From Octopus bimaculoides (Eukaryota): a stretch of DNA of 64,000 nt. Location of the stretch: assembly GCF_001194135.2 (NCBI RefSeq), contig NC_068983.1:79218697-79282696 (forward strand). Reading direction: 5' to 3'. The position numbers and the translations under genes were made by a program. Below are positions 13,078 to 26,388 of this stretch, piece after piece. The number at the start of each line of letters is the position of its first letter. Position 1 is the stretch's first letter. Under the pieces are notes generated by a model. That model did no database searches and was not told the origin of the DNA. It was given only the letters and a program-made list of their open reading frames with translations.

Positions 13078-13235
13078 CTTGCCTTTCCCTTGGATAATGT
13101 CAGTGGCATGGAGAGCGGAGAGTGGTGGGCATAGGAAAATGCTTGTCTTCCATAAACAACCTTACTAGCACTTGTTCCTCAGAGGAGAACTTTTTAGGTG
13201 CAAATCCATGGTAATTCATGAGTGAAAGGGGTCTT
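13078..13235 (+). mobile_element. SINE family E, 3' fragment
   Basis: cttggataatgtcagtggcatggagag...gtcttccataaa matches the 3' part of 34673-34925. Confidence 0.7.
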
Positions 13236-14091
13236 TATGTTTTGCAGAATAAAGAATTTTTTTCTTGAAAATCAGGTGAATATAGGTGATAGGAAGAGCA
13301 TCCAATTTTGAAATGCTGCACTCAAATAGGTCTCCATTTAACACAAAAAAGAAAAAAATTGACATAAAATGAATAAATGAGCAAACAGACATACTCAAAC
13401 TTCGTGGTGGTTAGTGGGAATTACATAAATGTTTATGCAGTTTCTTACTAACATTTTGTTTCTGATGATGAATAAATCAACAACACCATTGTAATTATCA
13501 CAAGAATATTTTCTCAGTGTTGTTGCTGTGAAGGATACAGGAGGAAAACAATTTAGAAATTGAAGATATAAAAAAATAATAAGAGATAAAATTTGAAAGA
13601 AAAAAAAAAGACCCCACTGAAAATGAAATAATAGAATCACTTTCTTTGTTTAATGCAATATCATTACTGAAATGCATAGTTTGTTGAAGATTTACTTAGG
13701 GAGATGTTTTCTCTATTCTGTTGGCTTGTAAACAAGAATTCTCTATTGTTTTACTTGTAAAAGTGAAAAAGACCCATGAAGTAACTTGTAAACTGTGATA
13801 GTTACAATTTTATTACTTGGAGCGTTTTACAGCACAAATTAGCACAACTCAACGCAACAAACTCCAGATAGATGTAATTTCTATTGGTAGCCAACAACCA
13901 TTTAGGAACCAATAGATTTCTTTGCTAGATTTATTCCATTGCTGTTTGCAGGAGTTTTTTTTAGCCCATTTATGGAGAAGCAACAATATTCCTATTCAGT
14001 TTTTGGAATAATTACATATAAACAGATTTTTTTTTTGATTCTTTACCATTTTTCTTTTTTTCTTTATTTGTGGTGGCTGTGAGAACTAGTT

Positions 14092-14092
<1 letters not shown>

Positions 14093-14159
<67 letters not shown>

Positions 14160-14237
14160 NNNNNNNNNNNNNNNNNNNNNNNNNNNNNNNNNNNNNNNNN
14201 NNNNNNNNNNNNNNNNNNNNNNNNNNNNNNNNNNNNN

Positions 14238-14287
<50 letters not shown>
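14093..14287. repeat. (CT)n microsatellite spanning gap 14160-14237, followed by TA/CA/GT compound repeats to ~14565
   Basis: Directly visible. Confidence 0.97.
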
Positions 14288-14290
<3 letters not shown>

Positions 14291-14307
14291 AATATCTGTT
14301 TTGTGTC

Positions 14308-14338
<31 letters not shown>

Positions 14339-14530
14339 CACACACACACATACACATCTGTATGTAGGTGTGTGTGTGTATATATATTTATATGTGCATA
14401 CTCGCCTACAGATGTGTGTATATGTAGGTGTGTGAATATGTGCGTGTATCTATCTATCTATCTATATATATATATATATATATATATATGAATGTGTGTG
14501 TGTATACGAAGCTGTGTGTATGTATGTGTG

Positions 14531-14567
<37 letters not shown>

Positions 14568-16299
14568 TTGTATTTGATACATGTGTTTACTCTGAAAAAT
14601 TATATACTGCTGCTCTCCAGGCATGTAAATAATTGGTATCATCACCCTCAGCTGACTGAGGAACAATGAACAGCCATAGAATATGTGTGAATATTTTTTT
14701 GTTCATCCTCAGGCTCAGTATTCCTCCCCACTACCCAAACTCTATTCTTACAATGTAGATGAGTTTAGCTTTTTCTTAGGTTAGTAATAATCTAGTTTTA
14801 TCTATGAAATTGCCAGTATTTTTCTGTGACTAATGTTCTTCTTGTATTGACTTACGCTTGCAGACTCTGATACATACTTAGTCTTTAATGAAATCTGTTT
14901 GATTCCATTTACTAGTTGAACTATTTTTGTGCATTATGTCATTAATGTGAATTAGAGTTAAGTTAAAATGGCCTAGTGAGGTCATTTACAAGCAGATTTG
15001 ATTCCTAGCTATAATCATTACATATATTTCATGTACATCAGTGGAAATCTTGAGGATTACTATACAAACTTCTGTATAAAATGAATGTGTTCTTGCTTGT
15101 TTGGGCTTTTTTTTTGGCTATTCTTGATACTCTTTTTGTAGCTATTCTGATGCCCTGATATTGTTTTATATGTTAAAGAAGAGTTGTAAGAATAGATACA
15201 CTGCAGATTCAAACTGTAATATCTCTATTTATATTTAACCCTGTCTATAACCTGCTTGAGACTGTTCAAGATTCTATGACTTAAATTTACTGTTTTAAAA
15301 TGGTTTGAATTATAATCTTCCTTCAAAATTTTATGCTAATTTGTTCCAGATCCCAGCTTAATAATGCAAAAGTCATTTTACTAAACACTTCATTATTTTA
15401 AAAGTTAACTGAAGTAAAGGCAGCATATATTGACAGAAATATGGTAATAAAATGGTAAAGTGGAAAAATACTTTACTCAAGAATTCTATAATAAATTCTG
15501 TATTTTTTATCTATAGAAATGAAGTTTCCCTTTATAGTTCTTGCTCACTTTAATGAATATCATATTAATTACCCAATTTCTGAAGTTAGCAGGCTTTATC
15601 AAACTCTGATGAATATTTTGAAAATATAAAAGTTTGAGCAGTTGTCTCTTTCTTGCATTATTGCGTGGGATATAACATTAAGTAAACATATTTTCATACA
15701 ATAGTTTCAAACCAAAAAACAAAAGCAACGAAAAAGAAAAGACAAAAAATTATACTGAGCTTTGAATCAAAAGGTGAAAATCATTATTCTATTCAATGAA
15801 CATGAGTAGTAAGAAAAATAGAATGTACAAAATACCTTCATCTCTCTTTGTAAACTTTTCTTTGCAATCACGAATTTATGATGGTTGTGACCATGGTATA
15901 TGTTTGCCATTTGAACAAACCAATTAAAATGAATAAGAATTAAAAAGAAAATCATATTTCTTTAGAGCTAGGCATTTAAAATTTACTCTGAGTTTTGAAT
16001 GAAATATTTTTCCTCTAGCCTTTTGTGATCTCGATGTAGACCCAGTATTTGAATATGGAGCTGCTGCTGCTACTACAACTACTACTACTACTACTACTAT
16101 TGCTGCTGTTACTACATCCTATGGTTCAGTGTATAAAACAATAATAGTTAGGAAATCCTCAATTAGACTAGAAACATTTAATAAATAAAGTATAAGGTGG
16201 CAACGCAATTAGTATCCTCAGCTGAAGCTACCTTCATCTACACTCGTAATATATTGGAGAGAGGTATTGAATATTGCCTAATTTCATCTTATACTCTAG

Positions 16300-16359
16300 T
16301 CTTGGTTCACACAAAGCCTTGTGAGTGGATCTGGTAGACGGAAACTGAAAGAAGCCTGT

Positions 16360-16391
<32 letters not shown>

Positions 16392-16610
16392 AGACATTGT
16401 ATCTGCTTGTCCCCCAGTACTGCTTGACAGTTGGTGTTGGTGTGTTTACATCCTCATAACTTAGCAGTTCAGCAAACGAGACTGATAAAATAAGTATCAA
16501 GCTAAACAAAATGCAAGTACTGGGTTTAATTCATTCATTCATTCAACTAAAAATTCTCCAAGGTGGTACCCAAGCATGGCTGTAGTCTAATGGCTGAAAC
16601 AAGCAAAAAA
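16300..16610 (+). mobile_element. SINE family A, 5' truncated, internal (GT)n
   Basis: aaagccttgtgagtggatctggtagacggaaactgaaagaagcc-(GT)n-...ccagcatggc..gtctaatggctgaaacaag. Confidence 0.88.
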
Positions 16611-17238
16611 TTTTAAAAAAGTAATTGAATAATATATAATTTGCAAAGCTGCTGTCATAAATTATAATTCTCATTGCATTTCTAAGCAGTTTTATTTTCC
16701 AGTGCCAACAAATATGCAATTATGTAAATTTATTTAGTGATTCATTTGCCTCTGCTTCAGCGACTACTGTGAAGACTATGCTTTAGTGATGAGGTCAAAA
16801 GAAGAATGGTACATATCCAAAGTTATCTCTTGCTCTTATCAAAAAAAAAATGAAAATATTGTCACCCGTCAACTAATATTTCCCCCTCCATCCTTGTATA
16901 ATATTTTTCTAGTTACTTTGTTTTAATATCAGCATTAATTCAGCAATTATAAAGTACATTTGATTTCCATTACATTGTCTGCAGACTTTTCCATAACTCC
17001 TTATTTGCTTATAGTATATCTTTTTATTATAATTATAATTATTATTAAATTTATACTGAAATGCATACGTTCCACTGACCTATGTAAAATGTGAAGTCCC
17101 CAAAACTGTTTCTACTTGTCCCATCATACATCAACTTCTCATCACTTCACATAAAGTAACTGCTCTATCTCCAGTTCTCCCCTTCAGGCAAGGGTGTCCT
17201 TTAGTCTTACAGGTTACAAGGTAACCTCAATGTTGCTG

Positions 17239-17286
<48 letters not shown>

Positions 17287-17300
17287 GTGATACACTCTGT

Positions 17301-17845
17301 CCTTCCTAACACCAACCACTTTGAGAGTGTAGTAGGTGCTTTTACATGCCACCGGCACAGGAGCCAGGAGCCTGGCATTGGTCGTGCTCGAATGGTGCTT
17401 TTTACATGTCACTGGCATAGGTGCCAGTCGGGCGGCACTGACATCAGTCATGCTCAAATGGTGCTTTTTACATGTCACTGGCACAGGTGCCAGTCGGGTG
17501 GCACTGGCATCAGTCACGCTCGAATGATGCTTTTTATGTGCCACCAACACGGGTGCCAGTCAGGTGGCACTGGTATCACCTATGCTCGAATGGTGCTTTT
17601 TACATGCCACTGGCACATACCAGTAGCATGTAAAAAACCACCATTTGAGTGTGGACAATGCCAGTGCCGCCAACTGGTGGCACATAAAAGCACCCAGTAC
17701 ACTCTTTGAGTGGTTAGTGTTAGGAAGGGCATCCAGCTGTAGAAACCTTGCCAAATCAGATTGGAGCCTGATGCAGCCAGTTCTCAGTTAAACAGTACAA
17801 CCCATGCCAGCATGAAAAGCAGACATTAAACAATGATGATGATGG
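17301..17845. mobile_element. Fold-back (inverted) family D element with internal 66 bp tandem units
   Basis: Left arm ccttcctaacaccaaccact..gagagtgtagtaggtgctttt is reverse-complementary to right arm aaaagcacccagtacactct..gagtggttagtgttaggaagg; GAATGG anchors at 17390, 17456, 17522 and 17588. Confidence 0.88.
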
Positions 17846-17867
17846 TACATATTCTTTTATTCTTCTC

Positions 17868-18245
17868 TTTTACTTGTTTCAGTCATTTGACTGCAGCCAT
17901 GCTAGAGCACCACCTTAAAGGGTTTTAGTTGAAGAAATCAACCCCTGGACTTATTCTTTGTAAGCCTAGTACTTATTCTATCGGTCTCTTTTGCCGAACC
18001 ACGAGATTATGGGGACATAAACACACTGACATCAGTTGTCAAGCGATGGTGGGGGACAAATACAGACACGTGTGTGTGTATGTATGTATATGACAAGCTT
18101 CTTTCAGTTCTCATCTACCGAATTCACTCTCAAGGCTTTGGTCAGCCTGAGGCTATAGCAGAAGACACTTGCCCAAGGTGCCATGCAGTAGGACTGAACC
18201 TGGTACCATATGGTTGTGAAGTAAGCTTCTTACCACACAGCCATG
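17868..18245 (-). mobile_element. SINE family A, near full length
   Basis: Collinear with 38232-38650. Confidence 0.92.
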
Positions 18246-18247
18246 CC

Positions 18248-18293
<46 letters not shown>

Positions 18294-18691
18294 ATGTAAA
18301 TGCCTGTGTATTAAATAGCTAAACAAACGCACCCACATATTATCAAATATGGGGCTATGAATATGCTTGTGTGTGTGTGTATATAGTTTTTCATATCAAT
18401 GAATATAAGTGTAGCATTATTTCCATTCATTCTCAAAAAAGATAAAAATTAATATGTTATCAATATTTCATATGTACCGTTGTTGCTGGCACACAATAGA
18501 ACAAGGAATATGTTTCCAGCAAATTGAGCCATTGATGTGCTTTCTATCTCCTAATTGAAGCCAATTCACTTTCCATGTATTGTTGTGTCCCAGTCTTACC
18601 ATATTATGTATATCAATTTGTTTATAGATACTGCAAATGCAGGGTATGCATAGACACCTCTGTACCACATTCTCTCCTTTTCCCTATCTAG

Positions 18692-18740
<49 letters not shown>

Positions 18741-19977
18741 ATATATATATATATATATATGTATCTCTTATGCAGGACATCTGTTTCTATCCTCATCATC
18801 ATCTCTCCCTCTCTCTTTTTCTTGAACACTCTCTCTCACTCTCCTCTCCTGTACACTCCCACTCCCCCCACTTGCATGCACTTCCCTTTTCTCCCTCCTT
18901 CCCTCTCCCTCTCCCTGTACACTCTCTCTTTCTCCCTCAAAATATAGGACAGGCTTCTATGCAGTTTCTGTCTAATCATTTCACTCACATGTCATTGGTC
19001 AGTTTAAGGCAAGAGTAGAAGACACTTCCCCTACTTGCTGCATAGCAGAACTGAAACCAAAGTGCACAAGGCTGGTTTCAAAACTGAACTTCTTAACCAC
19101 AGAACCATGCCTGCATTTATTTCTTTTAATTTTCAGTATGATCAAGATATTTGAGGTTGAGCAAAACAGCTGTAACTGAATAAATTTTAAATTATGCTGG
19201 TTCTAAGAAATTTTATGTTATCATTATACTACAAGATTTTGATTGAGAATTTCATTTAAATATGAATAATTCAGTATGGATAATCTCTGAAGGACAGGCA
19301 TTACAAAAAGGTTAAGTTGAAAACTTTACAATGACTTGACTTGTTCTGTCATTGAAATTGAAAATATGAGCTCCCAAACCTCATTTATGCAAGCCATCCA
19401 AATAAGGTATTTGTCTTGTAATTATTTTGAAGGCTACTATTATTATTATGACATGGAAAACATATGTTAGGGTTACAGTGCTTTTTCTCTCTCATTAGTG
19501 GGAGGTTTTTTTGTCTTGAAATAAAGAGTATTATCCCTTAAATCATAATAATTTGATATTGTCATGTGCAATTGCATGCTACTTTTGTACTGCTTTAAGA
19601 TATTTTAATTACCTAAAATTTAATCATTAATATATTATTCCAGCTTTATCATTAACATTTGCATACTATTTGTGTGTATTCATTTGCCTGACTGGTTTAT
19701 CTTTCACCTCTCTTCATTTAACTGTGGATTAATTGCCAAGGTATGAGATTTTTTCTTTGTAGAGGTATTTTGTCTTTTATAGTGGTGAGCAAGTTTAGAA
19801 AAAAAAAACATATGCTAATGTGATATGAGCAGTGATTTCAGTATTGTGTATTCATGTATGGGATTACATATACAGGGAGCATATATATGTATGATGGGAA
19901 TCAGTAATTTGTTCTCAGTCATCTGTAATTAATATTTTCTTACATAGGCACAAAACCCAGAAAGTTTTAGCTATAAC

Positions 19978-20022
<45 letters not shown>

Positions 20023-20162
20023 ATAATCATCATTTTGGTTTCAACATTGTTAGAACAAATTTAGTGAGACAGATTTCCCATGGCTATTTGCCCTTTCCTG
20101 TGGCGTGCATGCATGTGTGTGTGTGTGTGTTGTATGTATATGCATGTATATGCATGTATATG

Positions 20163-20460
20163 AAGGGTGCATAGCCTAGTGGTAAGGGTGTTATACCCAT
20201 GATCATGAGATAGTGGTTTCAGCTCTTACACTGGGTGATGCTCTGTGTTCCTGACCTCACCTCATGTTCATTTGTGATCCCTTCAACATCTGGTGTGTGG
20301 CACACCATGCACCTATACAAGCAATGTTAATTTGACCGAAGTTATGAGCTGATGCACAGCACATACATTTCATCAATATAAACAAATCATCTGTGCAAGT
20401 TGTTCAGTTAGAAATTTCAGAACCTTCATCTATCATTTACAAGAGGAGAGCCCATGAATG
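20163..20460 (+). mobile_element. Degenerate tRNA-headed SINE
   Basis: TAGCCTAGTGG A box, GGTTTCAGCTC B-box-like motif, then a body distinct from families A-E. Confidence 0.6.
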
Positions 20461-20479
20461 CTGAATTTTTATTCCGATT

Positions 20480-20790
20480 TGCACACGTGTACCTAAAACA
20501 ACCCAGAAGGATTCCCGCTTTTTTAATGAAGATATATACAGATAAACTCCATTCCCTTTGCTTTGTCGGATACGTAGAGTGTTCGTTTTGGTGAGGTGAG
20601 GTGAGGATTTTGCTTATTTATATATATTTTTCGGACTATACTATGCTGATGAACGAAAACTAGATTTCATTCTAGCAATCGCGAAATCGGTCAATACATA
20701 GTTGAGTTATTTAAAAGAAAGTTGGTTTCTTCTGTTGGTTGCTTTCCTCGCATTCGGTACTAAAATGTGTTTATTTGGGAAGTCTAGTGT
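20480..20790. promoter_or_regulatory. CpG cluster, candidate promoter/first exon
   Basis: About ten CpGs in 300 bp including AATCGCGAAATCGG; tandem GTGAG donor-like motifs at 20591-20605. Confidence 0.3.
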
Positions 20791-20823
20791 GTGGCATTAT
20801 TCTGTAGTAATGCCCTTATATAA

Positions 20824-20869
<46 letters not shown>

Positions 20870-20877
<8 letters not shown>

Positions 20878-22745
20878 ATAAAGGAGTTACGACGCAAAAA
20901 CGTATAAATTCAAAAGAACATATTTATCTTCTTCAATATATATTTCAGTATAAAGAATTCATTAAGATGCTTAAATCAAAATTTCTTTACACATCATTCA
21001 GGAACAGATATAACATCAGAAAAAATACATTCCGTTTAAAAACACAAACCGTTCATGGCGAAAAAATTTCACAATTACAAAAAACGAACTAATCCCAGGA
21101 GGTTAAATGGTAGCTTTATGCTGGTGTGGGATGTAGCTTAGCAAAAATGTACCAAATGATATTAGGTTGATTGAAACAATATTATTTATTGAAAGCTGAA
21201 CCAGTGAATTCTTCCTTAGATTTCTTGTTTTCGCTTCTCAGGTGCCAGGCATTCTAACCTTTGGAGCCTACCTTTTAACCAATCCATCAGATGATTCTGA
21301 TCAGCTTGCTTTGAAAAGTTCTTTGTTATACACATTGGAAGTGATCATATATGGGGAAATGAAAGAGAACAGTGAAAAGAAAAATAGAAAAAAAAAATGT
21401 AAATATAATATTTGAGTGTGTGTGGGGAGAAAATAAATGTGAAAAGAAAAAGATTAGGAATAAGGAAGAAGAAAGAAAAGAAAAGAAATGAAAAAAGACA
21501 GACCCACTAACAGTACAAAAGAAAATAAAGGATAACTAGAAGAGGAAGAATAAAAATATTAGGAAGAGAAGAGAAAGAAGAATGAGAAACATATGCAGCA
21601 GAAAAATGAGAAGGTAAAAAAAATAGTAAAGTGGGAAAGATAAAGGAAACAAAGGATGCAAATTTGAATGGAAAGGTTGTTAGAATTGTTTGAGAATTTC
21701 AGAAAATTTCAATTAATTGACATTTATGGGTTCAGCAAATTTATGTGGCTGGATACATTTGACCAATTTGACCAATGGTTGAAGAAAGGAAGAATATAAT
21801 TTAGGATGAGATGGTCAAAGTAGCATCCGTTTTAGGCTATCTGTTTTGATTAATGGATTCATATAATAGGTTTATATGTCAGAAGACAAGTAAGAAAGGG
21901 AAAAAGTAGTATGTGTTGTATCTTATCAGATGAAAGCTATTATAGTATATGATAGAACACTTGCCAAATAGCTGGACTTGGTGGAACAGTGTCGAAGCTG
22001 AAGCTAGGTGGATGCTAGTGGATTCAATGCAAGTCAGTTAAAGTGGGCTACCAGAATCACTGTCTGCAAGGATCTGTCTGGTTTTGGAAACACTGGTGCA
22101 ACAAAGAGTTCAAGGAGGTAGCTATATTCCATCATTGCAATTACAGAGAAAGCTATCAAGTTTGTCTGGTTGAAGAGGGTAGACTTGATACTAGTAGAAT
22201 GTAAATAAAAACTTGATAAAAACCTAGCTGGGTTAAAGTGAAAGATCAAAACTGCCCTACAACATTCAGAAATATCACAGACGGTGAGTCCCAGATGTTT
22301 TTTGTATATAATATACATGTTATTATAATGGATGAAGGGATGATTATTGAATGGTTATTATTTTGATATTATGATATTTTTAATAATTTTTCTATCTTTA
22401 TATAATAAGTATTTCATATTAATTCATTTGGTACTTATTGTTGGTTGGGAGATATATATATCTAATTATTGTTCTACTTACGATCTGACGAGTAGCTATA
22501 TTTTTGAATAGAATTTATTTTCGATAATTTCAATTGATTTTAATCGATTTAAATTTCTTTTCTATTTGAAAATTAGTTATGAAACACGTGTAATCTTTTT
22601 ATTATATTTATCTTATGATATTTACTTTACTTTATATTATACTCATTTATTGTGCTTTTAATTATTAATTTTTCTATATGTGATAGTGGATTTTCATCGA
22701 TGATTTCTTGAAACTTGGTTATTTTCCCTAAAACTATATATTTTA
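20870..22745 (-). mobile_element. Heavily decayed Penelope-like retroelement relic between (TA)n tracts
   Basis: Minus-strand fragments FDHLILNYILPS (~21790) and GRLQRLECLAPEKRKQEI* (~21215-21270) loosely resemble PLE RT and the GIY-YIG C-terminus; AT-rich termini. Similarity judged by eye only. Confidence 0.4.
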
Positions 22746-22809
22746 TATATATATATATATATATAAAATATATAATCCCTCCTCTCTGTTAGGAGGCACA
22801 AGCGCTCAC

Positions 22810-22960
22810 GCACACACATGATGGAAACTTCCATCTACCAAATTTAATCACAAGGCTTCAGTTGGCCCAAGGCTATAGTAGAAGACACTTGTTCAAGATG
22901 CTACACAGTGGAACTGAACCCGAGCCATGTGGTTGGCAAGCAAGCTTCCTAACCACACAA
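22810..22960 (-). mobile_element. SINE family A head fragment
   Basis: ggctatagtagaagacacttg..cagtggaactgaaccc..catgtggttggcaagcaagctt. Confidence 0.8.
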
Positions 22961-24673
22961 CAGAGGGCAAGAGAGAAATTTTGGTGAACCAAAATTTGTA
23001 TCATTTGTTCACTATGTACATTTCACTATTGTAGTTGTTTAGAGCAACAATGTTCTATATTCCATGTGCAATTGAATGTGTAACCATTACAGATCATCAG
23101 AATAACATTTTATTGTTATTCTTGTTACAGAGGTCAACCATCTATATTTATAAACATATGCATTTATATTTATATAACTTTGTACTTGTAAAAGTGTATG
23201 TAAAATAGAAAGAAATAGCTTGGCAGACCATGATATAGATTATCATTTGGAATATCTTCATTTCTCTCGCTCTTTCTGCTTTACTGATAAATGTTCTAAT
23301 TATAGGTGATCTACTTATTAACTCCCCTGCACACCAATGTCTACTTCATACATGAAATTTTCTTCCAAACACGTTATAAAGTTTTCCTTTGACTGAAATG
23401 TGATCTAAGCTCCTCTTATTCAACCTCTGCATGTTAAGTATGTAGTCTATGTGCTTATTGCATCTGTTTTCAATCAGAAACACACTTGTTGAAGATGCAT
23501 TGTCACTGTAAGACATTCATTTAGCTTGCTCTGACTTGAACCTTCAAATACTGAAATTCCTCTTTTGTACAAACTTGTTAAGAAATATGCATGCATATAC
23601 AATTATTCTAGTAAGTTTCATATATTCACAAATATGATTTTTATGTGTATGAATTTAAAATTATGTTTATTTATTTCCTTTTATATTTCAATTATTAGTC
23701 AATACATATCTTGCTTTTAATATAATTTCAAGATATTGATTACTTTTGTAGTTTATTTCATTTTAAATTTGTAATTTGTTGAAAATGAATGCCAAACATG
23801 TTAAATTGTAGGAAAATAAATTGATTTCATGTTCCAGCATTGCTTCAAGTAAAACTGCTGGTTGGATTCTGCAAAGTTGAATCTCTTACCTTGTACATGA
23901 CTAAATAAAGAATGCATTTATACAGAAGTTTGACTTAATCTTAATTACAGTGAATAGATTAGAAACATAATTATAAAAGTTTATTTGATTTGTAACTGAG
24001 ACTTTCAAATTTAATGAAAGTAACTTATTTGATTATGATAAAATGTATTTAAAAAATAGAGTAAGTTAGTATATGTTGTCAATCAAAACTAGTCTGATTT
24101 AAAAGTAATTCAAAGGGAAATATATGTAAGATCTTTTGTAAATGAGGAGTGATTTTTAGTGTTGTGATCTTGGTGAACTACTATGAACATTGTCTTTATA
24201 ATTATATCAAATATTTTTAGCTATATATTAAAAATCTTTATTTATGACTCTAATACTTTTGTAAGAATTTCAAACAGTCTCTCAGGCCCAGAGCCTAGTA
24301 ATTTTGTTCAGACATTAAATAGCTGAGGTACCATCTGCATGAAAAATCTTAGCGCTACCATATTTAATGTATGGAGTACTATCATCATCAGCCAAAAAGC
24401 TAATTGTATCGAGTTAAACTTTTTATATACCTTGCATTAAATATGCATTGAAAGAATTAGCTTCTGTCCTCAGTGTCTATCTGAATGCTAAATCTATATT
24501 CAAATTGACATTTACACCCTAAAAGCAACATTGCGTCTCTGTTTCTTCTGAAAGAAAGCAAATCAAATCTAACATCTTTATTTTCTTATTTAGGATTTAT
24601 TGTCTGAACATACTAATGTTTCCTATTAGTACTTAGTCTGAAGATATTCCATCAAAATGACTTTCTCTTCATG

Positions 24674-24721
<48 letters not shown>

Positions 24722-25636
24722 CATGTGTGCATGTGTGTGTGTATGTGTAAGACATAGATTGTTAAAATTACATTTGGAACTGAGAAACATTTCAGTGTCA
24801 GTTTTTATAAACCATAATATATTTTGTTGGAAATTATTCAATTTTGTCAATGGCTGGTTCAATTGAATTCTTCCTTGAAGTGATACAAGTCTGTCTCTAA
24901 GAACTTCTCTTATAATTTGTAACATAATGTTGCTTTTACCTAAAGAAAGGAAATGATTACTTTCGAAGAGACACCACACTAGTTATATCTGCAGTAGAAT
25001 TACTTATGTGACTTCTTTTCTAAGTTAGGCACCAAGTAATAGTGTTATCTTAAAGAAAATCTGCCAACTTTACTTTAAATTAACTGGCATCTATTGCTGC
25101 AAGACTATGTGTTTTAAAGTTAAATTAAATCTAAAATTTTTACATTCAACAAAATTTATTAGACCAAGTCACTTTCATAAAATTAGTAAAATAATATTTT
25201 TGGTTTAAAGCACCAAAAGATTTGAATGCAAAAGTTTTTAGGTTTGACAGTCTTAGAATTAGAAGGAAATCTCTTGTTTATCACACTTTTCTCAGTAAAT
25301 TCATAGTTGATGTCTGTTCATTTGCCACTTTTTAGGAAGGCATTTTGAATTTGATAATGAATTAATTGGTTTATTCTTCAAAATAGTTCTTTTGGTGTAG
25401 TTATTTTTGTGTGTTTAAAATGAATGAAGTTAATACTGATATTCTGAATGTTTTGATGAATAGAATCTTCCACTTGGTTAGAACCTGACTTCTCAGGAAA
25501 AATACAAGACTATGCCTCTAGTTTGGTTTTGATTATTGAAAAGGAATTTTAGTTACTGAAAATACTCTGTGAAACAGCATCTTAAATTTTTATGATGTCA
25601 ACATAATATAAATTTATATATGTATATATGCATGTA

Positions 25637-25707
<71 letters not shown>

Positions 25708-26388
25708 NNNNNNNNNNNNNNNNNNNNNNNNNNNNNNNNNNNNNNNNNNNNNNNNNNNNNNNNNNNNNNNNNNNNNNNNNNNNNNNNNNNNNNNNNNNNN
25801 NNNNNNNNNNNNNNNNNNNNNNNNNNNNNNNNNNNNNNNNNNNNNNNNNNNNNNNNNNNNNNNNNNNNNNNNNNNNNNNNNNNNNNNNNNNNNNNNNNNN
25901 NNNNNNNNNNNNNNNNNNNNNNNNNNNNNNNNNNNNNNNNNNNNNNNNNNNNNNNNNNNNNNNNNNNNNNNNNNNNNNNNNNNNNNNNNNNNNNNNNNNN
26001 NNNNNNNNNNNNNNNNNNNNNNNNNNNNNNNNNNNNNNNNNNNNNNNNNNNNNNNNNNNNNNNNNNNNNNNNNNNNNNNNNNNNNNNNNNNNNNNNNNNN
26101 NNNNNNNNNNNNNNNNNNNNNNNNNNNNNNNNNNNNNNNNNNNNNNNNNNNNNNNNNNNNNNNNNNNNNNNNNNNNNNNNNNNNNNNNNNNNNNNNNNNN
26201 NNNNNNNNNNNNNNNNNNNNNNNNNNNNNNNNNNNNNNNNNNNNNNNNNNNNNNNNNNNNNNNNNNNNNNNNNNNNNNNNNNNNNNNNNNNNNNNNNNNN
26301 NNNNNNNNNNNNNNNNNNNNNNNNNNNNNNNNNNNNNNNNNNNNNNNNNNNNNNNNNNNNNNNNNNNNNNNNNNNNNNNNNNNNNNNN
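25708..26388. other. Assembly gap inside a (TA)n tract
   Basis: N run; the other gaps are 7668-7677, 14160-14237, 30850-31380, 35089-35187 and 54301-54639. Confidence 0.99.

Noticed and set aside
14591-14656. Minus-strand candidate exon SAEGDDTNYLHAWRAAVYNFS, phase-compatible with another at ~2894-2970 (NARILCSIMQYAAPCIEQADPVFDA)
   Set aside because: Weak donors (GTAAAC, GTTAAT), no recognised protein, and short open frames of this length are common by chance.
17227-17754. Overlapping ORFs with 22-aa repeats (also 35825-36378)
   Set aside because: They are translations of the 66 bp array in family D, open in several frames on both strands, not genes or a CRISPR-like array.
20646-20672. CTGATGA-AC-GAAAA-CTAG...CTAG hammerhead-like string; also CTGATGA..GAAA at ~15606 and CTGACGAG at 22485
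   Set aside because: No stem II or no NUH/stem I can be formed.
23352-23505. Minus-strand 51-codon frame bounded by AG and GTATGA
   Set aside because: Poor polypyrimidine tract and no recognisable peptide; cannot be distinguished from chance without RNA data.
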